A stretch of DNA of 64,000 bases from positions 3,019,575 through 3,083,574 of the forward strand of contig CM119264.1 of NCBI GenBank assembly GCA_051294375.1, given 5' to 3'. The notes under the pieces were generated by a model. The model had not been told where the DNA came from, did no database searches, and worked only from the letters and a program-made list of their open reading frames with translations. Of this stretch, positions 12,501 through 26,600 are shown in pieces. The first letter of the stretch is position 1. The number at the start of each line of letters is the position of its first letter. A program made the translations under genes and the position numbers. This DNA comes from Paraspadella gotoi. Taxonomy: Eukaryota; Animalia; Chaetognatha.

Positions 12501-14477
12501 GCTTATTTATTAAATGAATGGATAATTTCTATATTGTTTGTACTACTATAAACTAGAACTAAAGGACCAATTTAAACTTTATCAACCATAACTACAAAAT
12601 TAAGAAAAAAACAAAAACAAAACAAAAGCAGCAACAACAACAGCGACAGAAACCACAAAAAAACCACAAAAACAAGAAAGAACATAAACAGCCACAAAAA
12701 CATAAAAAAAAACACAAAACGACAACAACAACTAAAGAACTACAAAACCCCAATTAAAACGTCAAAACATCAACAAAAACAACAACAACAAAAAACAAAA
12801 TCTAAAACAACAACGAGGAAAACGATAATTTTAACAACAACAATACGAACACCAACTCCCCCTGTCTTCAAGGTCCCCAACTCCTCCATCGAATCCGTCC
12901 TCGCATTCCTCGTCGACTCCATCGACCACGAGTCCCGCGTCCTCAAATGTCTCGACGAACTCTTGCGGATGAACAAGACGCGTCGATCCTTCTCCGTCGG
13001 CGCCCAAGGGAAACTCCTCCTCATGCGCCTCATGCGTCAATACGTCTCTTCCTCGGCCGACGTCGCCGCGAGATGCTGCGCCCTCTTCGGAGCGCTCCTC
13101 GCCGAGGACGACGACCCCGACGCCACCTTGTATTCGGCGGAGATGATTCGCAACGTGACGACGGCCATGCGGGCACATCCGGGGGCGCAGGTTGGTTCAT
13201 CCGGGGGGAAAAGGGAGGGGCGTGATGTGTATGTTAAGAGAGGCGGAGGAGATGGGAGATGACTCTGTCTCTATCGACGGTCGTTTCATGTGTTATTTAT
13301 CTTCGTCGTCATCGTCGTAGATTTTTTTTTTTCGATTCCTTTCTCTCTTCGTCATAGAACCTTCAGCGCGAGGCCTGTCAGCTGATCATGGGCCTGTCGG
13401 CGGACGAAAACGCCTGTGAGTTGATCGGTCGCCTGGGAGGAATTCAGGACATCCTCGGCGCCATGAGATCCTTTCACGACAGCTGCAACATTTGCGCAGC
13501 TTGTTGCAGGTAGGTGAATGTTCTTTGGAAGGTCGGATAAAGTAAGGCTTCAAAGAAGTTTGCCAGATCTTTTTCCAACAGTTGCATTTTGCGGTATGAA
13601 TATTTTTGGTCCGTTGTTTGGTTATAGTAGTTTTTTTTTATTTGAATTAAAATTTTGAAATTTGAACATCTCAATCTCATTTGCATATTGTCGTGATTTG
13701 TATAAGTATTAGCAGATGATTTCTTCAAATTCCTTTAAAGTAGAAAAACGCTTTTTTCTCTTAACTGATAATAATGACCAATTGTTTTAAAATAGTGAGA
13801 ATTGAGAAGCGTAATTCGAAATTTTAAGGTTAAAGTTATATTATGATATTCCTTTCATTTTGTTGTGTTTTGATATTTACCAAAAACAACGTTTGAATTT
13901 GTCCACTAAATAAAATTGTGAATGTCAAAATTCAAACTTTGTTTTCGCTAAAGGTTAAAGTGAAAGTTGTTCTTTCTTCCCCATTTTGTTCTCATTCCAG
14001 CGCCCTCTGGAGTTTAACCGTGAACGAGACGAACGCGAAATTAGTGACGGAAGAAAAGGGAATATCCGACGTTCGTTCACGCACTGAGGTCTCACGGACC
14101 AAAGACTAAAGGTAAGGAGGGGTGAGGTCAGCGAGAAGTGGCGCGCCTCATTTAAATGATGCTTTTTCCAACAAATAACTACTTTGGAAATTTTAACGTT
14201 GAATTAATATTATTTTTTGTTTCGAAGTGAAGTGAAGTCTTATTTTGATTCATATTGTTTTGACGTTTATAGAAAACGTTCCGCCATCGCTAGAGGGACA
14301 TCGATCGGATCGAAGAAAACAAAAGATCATTCAGTAAATCTCACTGTTGTTGTCGTTGTTGTTGTTTTTCAGCGAAAGCGGAAGATTTGGTGGAATCTGC
14401 CTGCGCAGCTCTTCTCTCTCTTTCCATGGAGGAGGACAACATAGAGACGATGAGGAAAGAGAAGGCCATGTCGTTGC

Positions 14478-14533
<56 letters not shown>

Positions 14534-15126
14534 TGATATTATCTAAACTGACGATAATTCAAAGTTCCAACGCCGAGTTTTCATGTCAAAAACTCATTTT
14601 AAACAATGAATAAGTTCACTTGTAAGGTAAGTTTCATCGAAACGAAATCTTAATTAAAGACTAAACTCGAAACAAATAAATTGATCCACTTCGAAGGTGT
14701 CGTGTTGGGATTTGACTTTATTGACCCATGACTCAGATCAATGGACACGAACTTTTTTTCATTTCATTTCATTTTTTTTGAATTAGTTCCTTTACGCGGA
14801 GGAACTAATTCAAAAAAAAAAATGAAGAAAACGGTCAAAACCAACGAATAATTGACTACATTTTTTTAAACAAATTGTTTCTTTTAATTCAGAAAAAAAA
14901 TTAAAAAATTTCAATACAACTATGTGAAAAACATCGGGGGATTAGCTCAAATGGTAGAGCGCTCGCTTAGCATGCGAGAGGTACCGGGATCGATACCCAG
15001 ATCCTCCAGTTTTTTTAGATTTTCTTTGCTGCATTTCTGAGTTTTTTNNNNNNNNNNNNNNNNNNNNNNNNNTTATCGTCTTAAGAATTTTTAGTCTTTT
15101 CTCTCTCTTCCCTTCTCTGTGTGTCT

Positions 15127-15160
<34 letters not shown>

Positions 15161-15962
15161 TCTCTCTCTCTCTCTCTCCTCTCCCCTCCCCCCACCATTC
15201 CATCCTCGTCTCACCCCAGGCTCCCCTTTTTCACTCCGACCGCCCACAGTGTATCCACACCGTGGAAATCATGTCATCACTTTAGCAATTTATATGATTT
15301 TTGACAAATATCTTGTCTTTAAAACTCCTTTGCCATTTCTATTAAACGTTATTTCGTTTTTTTGTTCTAGTACGGGAATTATTATTTTCATGCAGTCTTT
15401 GCGATGCAAATTGAATTTTTGATTGCTGGTTTGGTTACCACAACATTATATCACGTCAGAAATAACTAATTTTTATTAAAACTATATATTTTTTAATAAT
15501 CATCAACAGCTCTTTCGCTAAGGTTTCTGTGACATATTATTTTTTATTAATTGTAGAATGAGTTGCAATACAGTGGCATTAAGTTGGCAAAGTGATTAGA
15601 ATGAAAGAGCCTCCAGAATTTTCCTTAAGTTCAGCTTTAAGTTGTCGGGATATTTAAGGATCATCGAATTTAACTTCAAAAAGGCATTCAATGGCTGGGT
15701 GGTGTCTGAGACATAACCCCCTGTTGCGGTTTTTTTGCGGTTTTCGTTTTAAGAAGAAATCTGACTTGCAAGTAGACTAGTTTATGTAATCCGAAATTTT
15801 TATTTTCTATATAAATTAACTAAGAAGTGCGGGAAGGCGACGAAAGAGAGAGAGAAGAAAAAGAGAGAGAGAAAAATGGAAAGAGAGAGAGATAGAAGGA
15901 GAGAGAATAAGAGATGCGTAACTATCAGCCGATGCTCGTTTTTGACTAATCAGAGAGAAGAG

Positions 15963-15993
<31 letters not shown>

Positions 15994-18900
15994 GGAGACG
16001 AGAAGAAAAAAAAAAAATAAAAAAAAAAAAGAGATGAGATGATGAGATGATTTGGAGGGAGGAAGAGAGAGAGAGAGAGATTCGTAAAACTTTAAGCCTC
16101 TGCAGAGTAAAACTCATTTTGGAAATAATTCATAGAGGAAGGAAAGAGAGGAAAGAGAGAAGAAAGAGAGAGAGAGAGAGGAAAGAGAGAAAAAAAAATC
16201 TTTAAAAAGAAAAGGATCGACCTTCCCTCAATGAAACCAAATATTGTGCGATGATAACCAAAGGATATGCCGATGATAACCGAAATTGATGCCCGATGAT
16301 AACCATATAATTGATGCGACATGAAACCAAAAATGTATCGATTAAGATACCAAATGATTTGATGCTGATAAAACAAAAGGTTGGCATGCAATGATAGCTC
16401 ATTCAAATGATGTTTTTTTTATGATGATGAATCATTTGTCTGATAAGATGATAGTCATTATTTGATGCGATGATAGTCATTCATTGACTCAATGAATCAA
16501 TCATCATAAATAAAACAAGCAAATGCGCATGTATGAGTTGAAAGAGAAGATGAAAGAGAGTGAGAAAGAAACGGTGAATATAAATCACGAAAATTCTCGT
16601 GGATGTAAATTTGGGCATTTTGCATGGATAAAATATCGCGGAATAAATGGCATTAATTAAAATTTTAAAAGGAAAAAAATAATCAAAATTTTTTAAAAAC
16701 GATCACGCAATGAGATTCGTACAGAGAGAGAGAGAGGAGAGAAAGAGTAAATGTGACGACAGAGACAGAGATAGCTGGAAGGCTCAGCTGAACAGTCACT
16801 GCCATGAGCCGAACTACCTCCCGTGTTTAAAGGGTTTAGAAAAGGCAGCAATTTTCTGTGAAAAATATTACAAAATCCAATATTGTCGCGCTGAAGAATG
16901 GCTCTCCATCAGAGACGAAACATTATCCATATTTGTTAAAAAACCGGTATTAATAATTAAAAAACGTTGTAACTAAAACTTACCAAACAATAAAACCGAA
17001 TCGAGAAACTAACATTATTACTTTTAGTTAAAACCGTTAATATTAAAATCCCTGCCACTCAGTTCTCATGTCTAATTTTTGTAAATTATCCTCAAAATTT
17101 ACGTTTGTAAATAAAAAATTTTTCTTCTGACTTGTATTCTGCCATTATAAAAATCTTTGTTATATAAACCTAATTTGCATATTGTAGTATTATATTTTAA
17201 GAAAATGGAAAAAAAAAAAAAATATTTTTAGGAAACTACATATTATAGAGATGAAATATTAATTAGAATATGCAATCTAACATTAAAACCTAATTAGATG
17301 AATGATACTTCAAAGCCAAATGAGTGTATACTTGCAATTACTTTCATCAAACAAGTTCCAATGGTATAAAGCTTTTGCCTATATTAGATAAATCAAAACA
17401 ATATTATTGGTGGTGGGGAGTGCTACGGTAGAGCTTAATGCATTTCTAGAAATTAAGCGCGGAATTCTTGCGTCCACCTACTATGGCTTTCATAGGTTTA
17501 GTGGTTACAGGTGGGTAGCGAGGCTGTATGAAGATTTCTGCTGTCCACCTTACTATGGCTTCATAGTAGTGGTACAGGTGGTAGCGAGTCCGTATGAAAT
17601 TTTCTGCGTCCACCTTACTATGGCTTCAAGTAGTGGTTACAGGGCCAGATCACGGTAGCAGGCTGTATGAATTTTCTGCCTGCCAACCTTACTATGGCTT
17701 CATAGTTTGTACGTGCGTTACAGTGGGGTTAGCGAGGCTGTTATTGAAATTTTCTGCTGTCCACCCTTACTACTGGCCTTCATAGTGAGTTTACAGCGTG
17801 GGTAGCGAGGCTGTTATGAACAATTTTTCTTGCTGCTCCACCTTAACTATGCTTTCATAGTGTAGTGCGTAACAGGTGGCGCGGGTAGGCCGAGGGCTGT
17901 TATTGAAATTTTTCTGCTCTGGTCCACCTTACTATGGCTTCATAGGTGTAGTGGTTACATGGTGGTCTCTTCGCACCTCCAGCTGTACGGTAAGCGCAGG
18001 CTGTATGAAAATTTTCTGCTGTCCACCTTACTTATGGCTTCATAGTGTAGTGACAGGTGGGTAGCGAGGCCTGTATGAAATTTTCTGCTGTCCACGCATG
18101 GTTTACATGGCTTCATAGTGTAGTGGATTACAGGTGGGTAGCGAGGCTGTATGAAATTTTTCTGCTGTCCACTTACTATGGCTTCATAGTGTAGTGGTTA
18201 CAGGTGCGGTAGCGAGGCTGCTATGAAATTTTTCTTGCTGTCCACCTTACTATGGCTTCATAGTGTAGTGGTTACAAGCTTGAGGTTAGCGCAGGGCTGT
18301 ATGAAATTTTCTGCTGTCCACCTTACTATGGTTCATAGTGTAGGCTGTGGTTACAGGTGCGAGACACAAAATTTTTCTGCTGTCCACCTTTACTTGGCTT
18401 CATAGTGTAGTGGTACAGGTGTTGGTAGCGAGGCTGCTATGAAATTTTCTGTCTGTCCACCTTACTATGGCTTCATATGTAGTGGTTACAGGTGTGGTTA
18501 GCGAGGCTGTATGAAATTCTGCTTGTCCACCTTACTATGGCTCATAGTTGTAGTTCGGTTACAGGTGGGTAGCGAGGCTGTATGAAATTTCTGCGTCCAC
18601 CTTACTATGGCTTCATAGTGTAGTGGTTTACAGGTGGGGTAGCCGAGCTGTATGAAATTTTCTGCCTGTCCACCCTCTCACTTATGGCCTTCATAAAGTG
18701 TAGTGCGTTACATGTGAAAAATACTAAATAAAGGAGCGAGAGAACTGTATTGAAAATAATTTCTGACTGTCAACCATAATACTAATAGGCATTACACTAG
18801 TGTAGTGAAGTTACAGAAAGATGGGTTAGCAGAGGCTGAAATGATTTTCTGCTGTCACCTTACTTATGCGCTTCATGTTGTAGTCGTTAAGATGTGGTAG

Positions 18901-20606
18901 CGAGGCTTGTTATGAAATTTTCTGCGTGTCCACCTCTTACTATGGCTTCATAGGTGTAGTGGTTACAGAGTGTCGTAGCGAGGCTGTATTAAATTTGCTC
19001 TAGTCCACCTCTTACTAATGGCTTCATAGTTAGTGGTACAGGGTGGGTAGCGAGGCCTGTATTTGGAAAAAAATTTTCTTGGCTTGGTTTTTTCCACCTT
19101 ACTATGGCTTCATAGTGTAGTGGTTACAGGTGGGGTAGCGAGGGCTGTATGAAATTTTTGCTGTCCACCTTTACTATGGCTTCATAGTGTAGTGCGTTAA
19201 CAGCGGACGGTAAGCCGAGGCTTGTATGAAATTTTCTGCTGTCTCACCTTACTATGGCTTCATCAGTTGTAGAGTGGTTACAGGTGAGGCGGTAGCGAGG
19301 CTGTATGAAAATTTTCTGCTGTCCCCCCTTACTATGGCTTCATAGTGTAGTGGTTACGAGTGGGTAGCGAGGTGTTATAGAAATTTTCTGCTTGTCCACC
19401 CTACTATGGCTTCATAGTGTTAGTGGGTTACAGGTGAGTAGCGAGGCTGTATGAAATTTCGCTGTCCACCTTACTATGGCTTCATAGTGTAGTGGTACAG
19501 GCTGGGTAGCGAGGCTGTATGAAATTTCTGCTGTCACTCTTATATGCTTCATAGTTGTAGTGGTTACCAGGTGCGAGGGTAGCGAGGCGGATATGAAAAT
19601 TTTCTGCTGTCCCACCCTTAACCTATGGGTTCATATGTAGTGGTACAGGTGGTAGCGAGGCCTGTATGAAATTTCTTCTGCTGTCCACCTTACTATGGCT
19701 TCATTAGTGTAGTGGTTACAGGTGGGTAGCGAGGGCTGTAATTGAAATTTTCTGCTGTCCACCTTTACTATGGCTTCATAGCTGTAGTGGTTACAGGTGG
19801 GTATGCGAGGCTGTATTGACAAAATTTTCTGCTGCTTCCACCTTACTAGGCTCATAGTGTAGTGGTTACAGACGTGGGGTGTAGCGAGGCTGTATGAAAT
19901 TTTCTGCTGTCCACCTTACATATGCGCTTCATTAGTGCGCCCCCCCTCGTATCCCCAGGTCGCTCCCTCGCCACCCACATCACCAACGCCCTCGCTCGAC
20001 TCCAGAAAACGCCTCACCAAAAGCTAGCCATAGGCCTCGGCCTCGACCGAGGGCCGACGAAGATCTCCAGCGCTGCGCGGCTCTCTCTCTGCGTCACCCC
20101 CGCCGCCTCGACGCTGCGAACCCGTCAACGACCGTCGATCAGCAATCATCAACCAGAGACCTATCCGTGCAGACCGGTTTCGACGTCGCGCGCAGCCCTG
20201 AGAGTGAAGCTCCGCGCTCAGACGGACGTGGTTAGCAATGTGTAGCGCCGCTTATATGACGAACGACGGCGGACCTAGAGCATCGAAGAGAGAGTGGCCC
20301 TACCGGGGCTTGAACAAAGGACGAGACGACCTTTTCCATATCCCGATGAGGTCGGTCAGGGCGGACTCGCTGATCCGACAGCGGAATTCTGTGTGAAATG
20401 GCTATATACGAAGAACAGTGCACAACGAAAAAACTCATTCGAAACGAAACGTCGGGATGTTGAAGAGTGTGTAAACATACAGAAGGGATAGGGGTGCGGA
20501 GCGCTCAGTTAGGCGGGAAGAATCTCTTGCTTTTTACTCTCTCTCTTCTGTCTTCTAATCTCTCTCTCTCTCTCTTGCACTACATCGTCTGCTTCTCTCT
20601 CTCTCT

Positions 20607-20643
<37 letters not shown>

Positions 20644-23600
20644 TCTCTCTCTATTTAAGACTTTCCTCTGACGTGCTATAGATCTGAACCTCCTGAAAAT
20701 GACCCAAGGAGGATGCAGCAAAGTAGAGACAAGACGCTATCGGGTTGCTTGCGGCACAGATGGAAACCATTGGAAGCCAATTGGATAGATGAAAAGAAAT
20801 ATAACAATCAGGATAAAAACACAATAGCCCAACAAAATAACGAACAAAATAAAAGAGCAACCAAACAGATAATAACAAAAAATAAAAAAATAAACAAATA
20901 ACAAATCCATCTTTGTCGTTGAGTCATTCTAAACAGAGAAATCGAAAAAATATGATTTTTTTCGAAAAAACTTTCAATTATCGAAATCAATTTTCGTTTT
21001 TTTAAAGTCTTACGCGCTTTAAAATGTTGGAATATATACTTACCCAAATATAATATATTATATATATCTTTTTATATATATATTAAACAAAAAGAGCGAA
21101 TGGGAATCAAGATAGAGGCCTCACCCCTTATCACCAGGGCCTTTCTTCCCCAGGATCTTGAGTCTTAAACTGTTTTTAGTTATTTTCATCGATTGTTCTT
21201 TGTTTCCCCCCCTATTTTTTTTGTTCAGGTCGTAGGGGCGTCTTGTTCTCTTCTCCTCGAACTCGTCCGAATACGATGATCTAAGACTCATTCGCTCCAC
21301 AACTACCAACTCCACCCTGACGCCTGCCCGAGCGCGCTCCAACGCTTCGCCTATCAACGGCCGAAGTGACGGGTCCAGCTCAGGCTGCTCTCGACAAGAT
21401 CGCCGATAGCTGATTGACGTTGGATTTGCGGCGTCATTAGAGCGGCGGTGGCGGCGTCGGATTTTTTGAGCGGCGTCTTTTGAGAGGCGTCATGCTTGAG
21501 GCACTGTTGATCGATCTGAATTCGATTTCGCGTAAAAATTTTCTCGAGTTTGAAAATCGATCAATCGATGAATACGGGAAAATTAAAACAAGATTCCATT
21601 CTTAATATTTTGTGTTTTTGTTTTATTGTTTCATTGTTTCTGTGTGTTTGCTTTGTTTTATAGTTTTGTTTTTTTTCCTATCAGAATTGACGAAATATCG
21701 CTTTTTAGGGGAGAGGGATATCGCTTTTTTTTTAGGGATGGGAAAGATAAAGGTTTCTATTTGAAGAAAAAGAAAAAGTTAATTTGATCCAATTTTGTAG
21801 AAAACTTGAATCACGCTGATAAAACATAAACGTCGTTACTTTAATGACCCTGCAAAATCGTGCATCTTTAAATAAAAAAAAAAGGAATAATAATAAGAAA
21901 AGAAAAAATAAACTGGTATAAAAATACAGTGTTGTCGGAGACTAATAAAAAAGGATATCGTTTCTCACGACGACCCTCTACGCCGCAGCCATTCTGTTTT
22001 GAATCACCACTACTCTCTCTCTCATCTCCTTCTCATCTCTCTTCTCATCTCTTCTCTCTACATCTCCTCTCTCTCCTCTCTCACTTCTCCTCTCCTCTCT
22101 CTCTCTTGGAGGCTATATGCAACGTTCCTTCACGCAAAAAACGTACTGCCACCTGTCCTCCTATTGATTTCTTTATTCTTCGACGTAATCACCGAGCGAG
22201 GATGCGTTTGTCTTTCTGCCACCCGAGGCGATGCCATCATCACTGGCATGACACCTGTCTCTCCCGCCACCTGTCCCCCGTATTTTTCGCACAATGATTA
22301 TTCGGTTTCCCAAACTGCGCGCCCCATTCTGCGCATGTGACAACATCGCCATAATGAAGCGAACGAGGGCCACACGCCAGCAACATTCGGTGGAGTAATC
22401 AGCTGTCAGCGTCCTACCGTGGGCGTGCCGAAAATGTATCGAGCGTCTTTGTCCTCTGACAGTTTCGCGTCTGGTTTTGGCCAGACGAGAAGGCTTTCAG
22501 GGTATATTTAGTATACTGAGTACTCCATTTTAATCTTCTCTTTGTTTTCTTTGTCTTTTGTTTATTTGTTTTATTTTTTTTCGCTTCTTTCAAAAGCTGC
22601 ATTGCAAATGCGATATTCGGTACTGCAGCAACCTTTGCCCTCCTGGCAGCTTCTGGGACGCGAGTCAGACAAAGTTGCTCTGGATGTCTGACTAGATATT
22701 AGTGAGTTGCAGTGCGGGGGAGTCAAAGGACAAGAATAGATCGCGAATATTTATTAATTTTTTGGAAATAAAACAATGACTATATTTAAGCAATTAAAAA
22801 ATTGAAATTTGAATTTAAAATTAAGAAATGAGGAGGAAAAACTTTATATCCGCTAATATTTCCAAATACGTGTCTTAATTCGCTTAAATGAGAAAGGGGT
22901 TAGTTCTTGAAATTTGAAGATTAGTTATGGTTATGATTAAAGGATTGAGATAAAGGGATTAAGGAATAGAGGCTTAAGGATAGGCGAAGAGGTTAAGAGA
23001 TTAGGAGATTAGGTTATAGATTTAGTTAAGAAACTAAAATTAAAATTTAAAGGATTACAGTAACAAGAATAGGTCGCCTTCGGCAAAAATAGTGCACCCC
23101 TCAATAAACAAATAAAACCAAATAAAAAAACAAAAAAAAAAAAAAAATAAAAAACAAACAAACATTCTCATGGACGAAAGCAACGAGAATTAAAGGCGAA
23201 AAAATCGACGACTAGATAACGACGACGCACGACCGACCCCTAACGACGACCGACAACGACGACGACGAACCCCTCTGCTCTTTTCTCAGCTTGCCCGGGC
23301 GGAACCTCGTCTCGCGTATGCTGCTGAACGAGGAGCATTCGAAATCTCGTCAACCAGAGTTCGCGTTCGCCAGTTGCCCAACGGGTAACGCAGGAGGGAG
23401 ATGGAGTAAGTGGAGGAGTGTGAAGGCAAGAGGATGTAGAGAGAGAGACGGAGAGAGAGAGAGAGAGAGGACGAGTCGAGAGGAGAAGCACGACAGAGAG
23501 AGAGAGAGAGAGAGAGAAGAACGAGATTTGGAAAATTAAGAGTAGTATGAAACGAAAACTACCGAACCATAATAAAACAAGTTGGAAAATAAAAACTCAT

Positions 23601-26600
23601 AGAATAGAATTTTAAGCAAAGTGAATAAGGAAAAAGAATAAAAAAATGAAGGAAAAACGCAAAAAAAACGAGGAAAAGATTATAAGGAAAGAAAAAAAAG
23701 GAAAATGCGGAAAAACAAGAAGGAAAGAAGAAAATTCTTCCTTTTTTAAGACCAGCAAATGAACCAGCCGAGCGGCAGAGGTCTTTCATGTATGTTTCCT
23801 CCGCCCACCTCTGAGAGACAGACCGAGAGAGAAGAGAGAGATGCGAGTAGAGAGAGAGCTGCAGAGACGCATCGTGCATGTAGCGAAAGTAGAGACGAGA
23901 GAGAGATGAGGATGCGACGACTGCCGAGAGAGCACGATTAAGACAGAACGAGATTTAACGAGAGAGATGAGTGTTAGACCCAAGACCCGCGGATCCCGAC
24001 TTTACGACCCTTATGGGACCCCTGGCGCGTCGACTGCAATAAGGCGTCACTCTTCTCTCTCTCTCTCTCTTCTCCTCTCTCCACTCATACCCTCTCTCTC
24101 TCTCTCTCTCTTCTTACTTCTCTCTCTCTCTAGTTTCCATTTAATGTTTTTTGTAAGACATCGTTTTTCGATGTGAGTCGGCCCTAAACAGAGAGAGGGA
24201 TTAGTTTGATGGATGTTTGTCAAATAGTTATGTATGATTATGTAAGTAAATAAACTACTCTAACAACTCTCCCATTTTTACATCAGCCCTGCCCGCTCGT
24301 GAAACGATACGGCCACCTTCCTCGCCTCCGCTACCTGCTCTTCCCCTCGCTCAAGAATCATCCGACGCTCCCCCGAGGAAGGCACGGCGACCCCCACGGA
24401 ATGCCCCGCGGGCACCTACAGCCCCGACGGTCGCGATGGGCTGCGATGTTTTGTCCTTTGAGCGCGAATTGTCCGCGGGGCGGTGAGTCCCGGATGAGTC
24501 CATCGCTCCATGCAGCAACGGAAACGTATGCGGAGACAGCAAAGCGTGTAGCAAGATAAACCGTTAGCAGAGTAATATTATATTATTTCAAAAGAAAATT
24601 TGTTTTCCATTAGTAGATTTGAAAATTTATCTAACCGCCTTAATGCCAACGCAAAACAAGTCATTACGTTGAATAAAAATCCAAGAAACAAAAAACTCAG
24701 CAGAAGATTCGGAGCAGGTTTGCGATGGCATAAAGAATATGTACATATTCCTCTCTTCCTCTCACCCTCCTCTCCTCCTCATCATCTCCTCTTCATCCTC
24801 ATACTCTTCTTCTTCCTCCTCCCCATATCTACACTCTCCCCCTACTCTTCCTGCTCCCATCCTCTTCCTCCTTTCCTCCTCTTCCTCTTCCCTCTCCTCT
24901 TTCTTCTCCCCTTTCTCCTTTCCCCCTCCTCTGCTCCTCATCTCTCCTCTTCCCTTCGACCTCCTCCTTCTTCTTCCCCTATCTTCTTTTCCCCCTCCTC
25001 TTCTTCCCTTCCTCTTCTTCCTATTCCCCTCCTTTCATCTCCTACCCTCAGAACTCTTCTTCCCCTCTCTTATCTCCTCCTCTTTCTCTTCCCCCCTCAT
25101 TCTTCCTCTTGGTGATTTACTCTTCCCCTTTCCTCTTCCTCCTCCCTCTGCACCCTATCTTCCATTTCCCCTCTCTTCCTCCTCTCCCCCCTTTCTCCTC
25201 TTCCTCTTCCTTATCCTCTTTTCTCCCTATCAATCCTTCTTTCTATTAATTTCCCCCTCGTCTTCTTTCCTATCTTTCTTTATCCTCCTTCCTCTAATCC
25301 ACCTCCTGCCCCCCCCCCCTTTCCCAAGGCCTTACCTCGTGGCCAACCCTGCTCGCGGTCGTCACACCTGTACTGTCTTCCTCCACGAACGCCGTGCTCG
25401 GCGGGAACGGGCGTCATCGACCGGCACGCTGGCCTGCCATCCTTGCGACGCCGGCGCCTTCGCGGCCGAAGATGGCGCCGCCGCCTTGCGTGGATTTGTC
25501 CGATGGGCGTTCCGGCTGCGGGGTAGCGAAGAACAAGTCGCCCGTCGGGTGCGAGTCTAATTAATTGGAGTATTTCTTTCTTCTTTTTCTCCTTTCTTTC
25601 CTTCATTTCTTTTCTTTCTCTTTCTTTTTTCTTTCTTCTTTCTTTCTTTCTTTCTTCTCTCTTTCTTTCTCTCTTTCAATTCCTTCCTATAGATGTATCT
25701 TTCTTTCTTCCCCTTTAGTTCGTTATTTTTTTCTGTCTTGATTTTTTATTTACACTCCTTCCGTTCGTTTCTTAGTTCATTCTTCATTCATTCATTCATT
25801 CATTAATTCATTCATTCATTCATTCCATTTAATTCTTTTTACCTTTTTTTCATTTTCTTTTGTTCCTTCCTTCGTTCATTCTGATCTTTCGTCTGGTCAC
25901 TTGACCCAAAGCGTTTTTACTTTTTTCCTTTCCCCCTGGCCATGGCCTCCCTCGCCGAGGCCGACGAGATCTCCGCGCTGCGGGTCTTCAAAGATCCTGC
26001 TCCCCCCGCCGTCGACGCTGCCGTCAACGCCGTCTTCAGCGTCGTCAACCGGAACGTATCCGGCGACGGTTTCGACGTCGGCGCCGAGAGAAGCTTCGTC
26101 AGCGGCGTGGAGAGCGCCGCTTTTAGCGCCGAGGATTTAGAGCTCGAAGAGGGCTCCGGAAGGGGCTTGAACAAAGACGATCTTCCATATCCCGAGGTCG
26201 TGAGGGGAGTTCCGGTTCTGTTGAAGGCTTACGAGATGCACAAGGAAAACTCTGAGGTGGGTGGTGGGGTGAATCATAAGAGGGTAGGGGNNNNNNNNNN
26301 NNNNNNNNNNNNNNNNNNNNNNNNNNNNNNNNNNNNNNNNNNNNNNNNNNNNNNNNCTCCGCTCTCTGCTCTCTCTCTCTCCCTCTCTCTCTCTCATCTC
26401 TCCGTCTCTCTCTTCTCTTACTCTCTCTCTCCCGACTTTAAGATTTCCTCCTGAGTTGACTGACCCGAAAATGACTCCGAGTGAGGATGAGCAAAGTGAG
26501 AGACAAGACGCTATCGGTGTTGCTTGCGGCCACAGATGGAAACCATTGGAAGCCATTGGATAGATGAAAAGAAATATAAACATCAGGATAAAAACAAATA

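Noticed and set aside
8289-14111. Programmed frameshifting or pseudogenisation of the kinase
   Set aside because: Isolated 1-nt shifts in an error-prone assembly; all motifs and splice sites are intact.
17460-19935. CRISPR array
   Set aside because: Head-to-tail repeats with no unique spacers, no cas genes, and a eukaryotic context.
17460-19935. Hammerhead or twister ribozyme in the 70-bp unit
   Set aside because: CTGTATGAAA resembles CUGAUGA/GAAA but has no stem II between them. The minus-strand AAGC loop lacks the twister pseudoknot partners.
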